Source: Trichomonas gallinae (Eukaryota). From it: a stretch of 40,436 bases of DNA. Within the stretch, counting starts at the first letter, position 1, and each line of letters begins with the position of its first letter. The position numbers were made by a program, and so were the translations under genes. Below, in pieces: positions 39,475 through 40,436 of this stretch. Under the pieces are notes generated by a model, which did no database searches, was not told where the DNA came from, and was given only the letters and a program-made list of their open reading frames with translations. The DNA lies in NCBI GenBank assembly GCA_008369845.1, contig MRSU01010335.1, positions 1-40,436 of the forward strand. The letters are read 5' to 3'.

Positions 39475-40436
39475 TTAAACGTTGAAATCTTTTTCAGCTG
39501 TTTCTAAAATTTCCGCATCTGGATCTTCTCCGTTGTCTCCAGGGCTACCTCTGAGCATCTTATAGATAACAATTGCTGACACGACAATTATAACGACGGC
39601 AACAATAGCAAATCCACCTATGATGAGGAAATTGTTCCTTGATGATTTTGCACCATTGGCATCATCTGGGTTTTTCTTTGGCACATATGATTTTTGTACA
39701 ATAATAAATGGTTCTTGAGTTGGCTGCTCAGGTTTTGCTTCTTCTTTAACTGGTGTTGGTTTTTCATCAGGTTTGTTCGGTGGTTTTGGTATTGGTGTCA
39801 TTGTAGGTGGTGGAATTGGTGTTTTTGTTGGTGTCTGTGTTGGCGGTGGTTTTGGCCTTGGCTCAAGGACTCTGGTGTCAGGGTCAAATGGATCTTCTGT
39901 GAAGTATGCAGCATGAAGTTTCACTGATCTGCAGAATTGTTCTGGTTTTGGACATCTATAGTTAAATGTCCCATACAGGTATGAAAAAGATCCCCATTGC
40001 TCAGCATTAGAAGAGGTGCAGGTGATTGCCTTTGTTCCCCCTCTTCCATTTGGAATGTTTATAGTGAAACTTTTATATCCGTCGCAAGTATATGTACCGC
40101 AAACATCGACGTTGGAATATGCACCTTGATCAGAATTAATTGTTGCTTTTCCTTCCGGACAAACCTTATTTGGATATACGAATGGCATGTAATCAAACAT
40201 ATAGTTTCCAACTCTTTCCGCGTTTTTCGGATTGAAGAAACTTTTTGATTGTGTATAATAGGAATTATTTGGAATTTTATATGGTAAGTTTGTGCCATGG
40301 AAACTAAAGTCGAAGCCACCTGTTTGTATTCTATTTTTTGGTTGAGTAAAATCAACGAAATAATCAAGTGGAAAAGTTGTTATAGGCGGACCTAGCGCAA
40401 AGTTATGAATAGGTTGTCCATTAACGGATTCTGGGT
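39475..40436 (-). CDS. GP63 (leishmanolysin)-like surface protein, C-terminal part (5' end outside window)
   Basis: Frame is open to the window edge (PESVNGQPIHNFALGPP..FP). FDYMP, Cys-rich region, CPKPEQFCR...F..DPF, Pro/Thr stalk, one TM helix and a short acidic tail. HEXXH would lie outside the window. Confidence 0.72.
   Translation of the reverse strand, partial: PESVNGQPIHNFALGPPITTFPLDYFVDFTQPKNRIQTGGFDFSFHGTNLPYKIPNNSYYTQSKSFFNPKNAERVGNYMFDYMPFVYPNKVCPEGKATINSDQGAYSNVDVCGTYTCDGYKSFTINIPNGRGGTKAITCTSSNAEQWGSFSYLYGTFNYRCPKPEQFCRSVKLHAAYFTEDPFDPDTRVLEPRPKPPPTQTPTKTPIPPPTMTPIPKPPNKPDEKPTPVKEEAKPEQPTQEPFIIVQKSYVPKKNPDDANGAKSSRNNFLIIGGFAIVAVVIIVVSAIVIYKMLRGSPGDNGEDPDAEILETAEKDFNV

Overview
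Eukaryotic, AT-rich, gene-dense and apparently intronless DNA from a trichomonad (Parabasalia). The assignment rests on a hydrogenosomal carrier Hmp31 orthologue, a Trichomonas-type GP63-like surface protein, Inr/M2/M3-like core promoter motifs and TAAA stop/poly(A) signals. Hmp31 appears to differ at several residues from my recollection of the T. vaginalis protein, so this may be a sister Trichomonas species. About 21 protein genes are present: methyltransferase, GH47 mannosidase, TPR-CS, TRIC-like channel, Pro-rich LIM protein, half-length Utp22/NOL6, beta-helix-RING, degenerate bromo-ET, CFAP52-like WD40, delta-tubulin, Hmp31, BEACH, SAS6-like, GP63-like and several hypotheticals. There is also an ankyrin pseudogene and two AT-rich tandem repeats. 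I found no prokaryotic-type system, CRISPR, tRNA/rRNA or intact transposon. The most notable unexplained signals are an 11-bp intergenic motif TTTACRYGWCA (13 exact copies found by eye, all non-coding), a half-size Utp22, a gene whose natural N-terminus begins with TTG, a frameshifted BEACH gene and a 25-bp dispersed promoter element. All protein calls are from motif recognition only; no searches were run.
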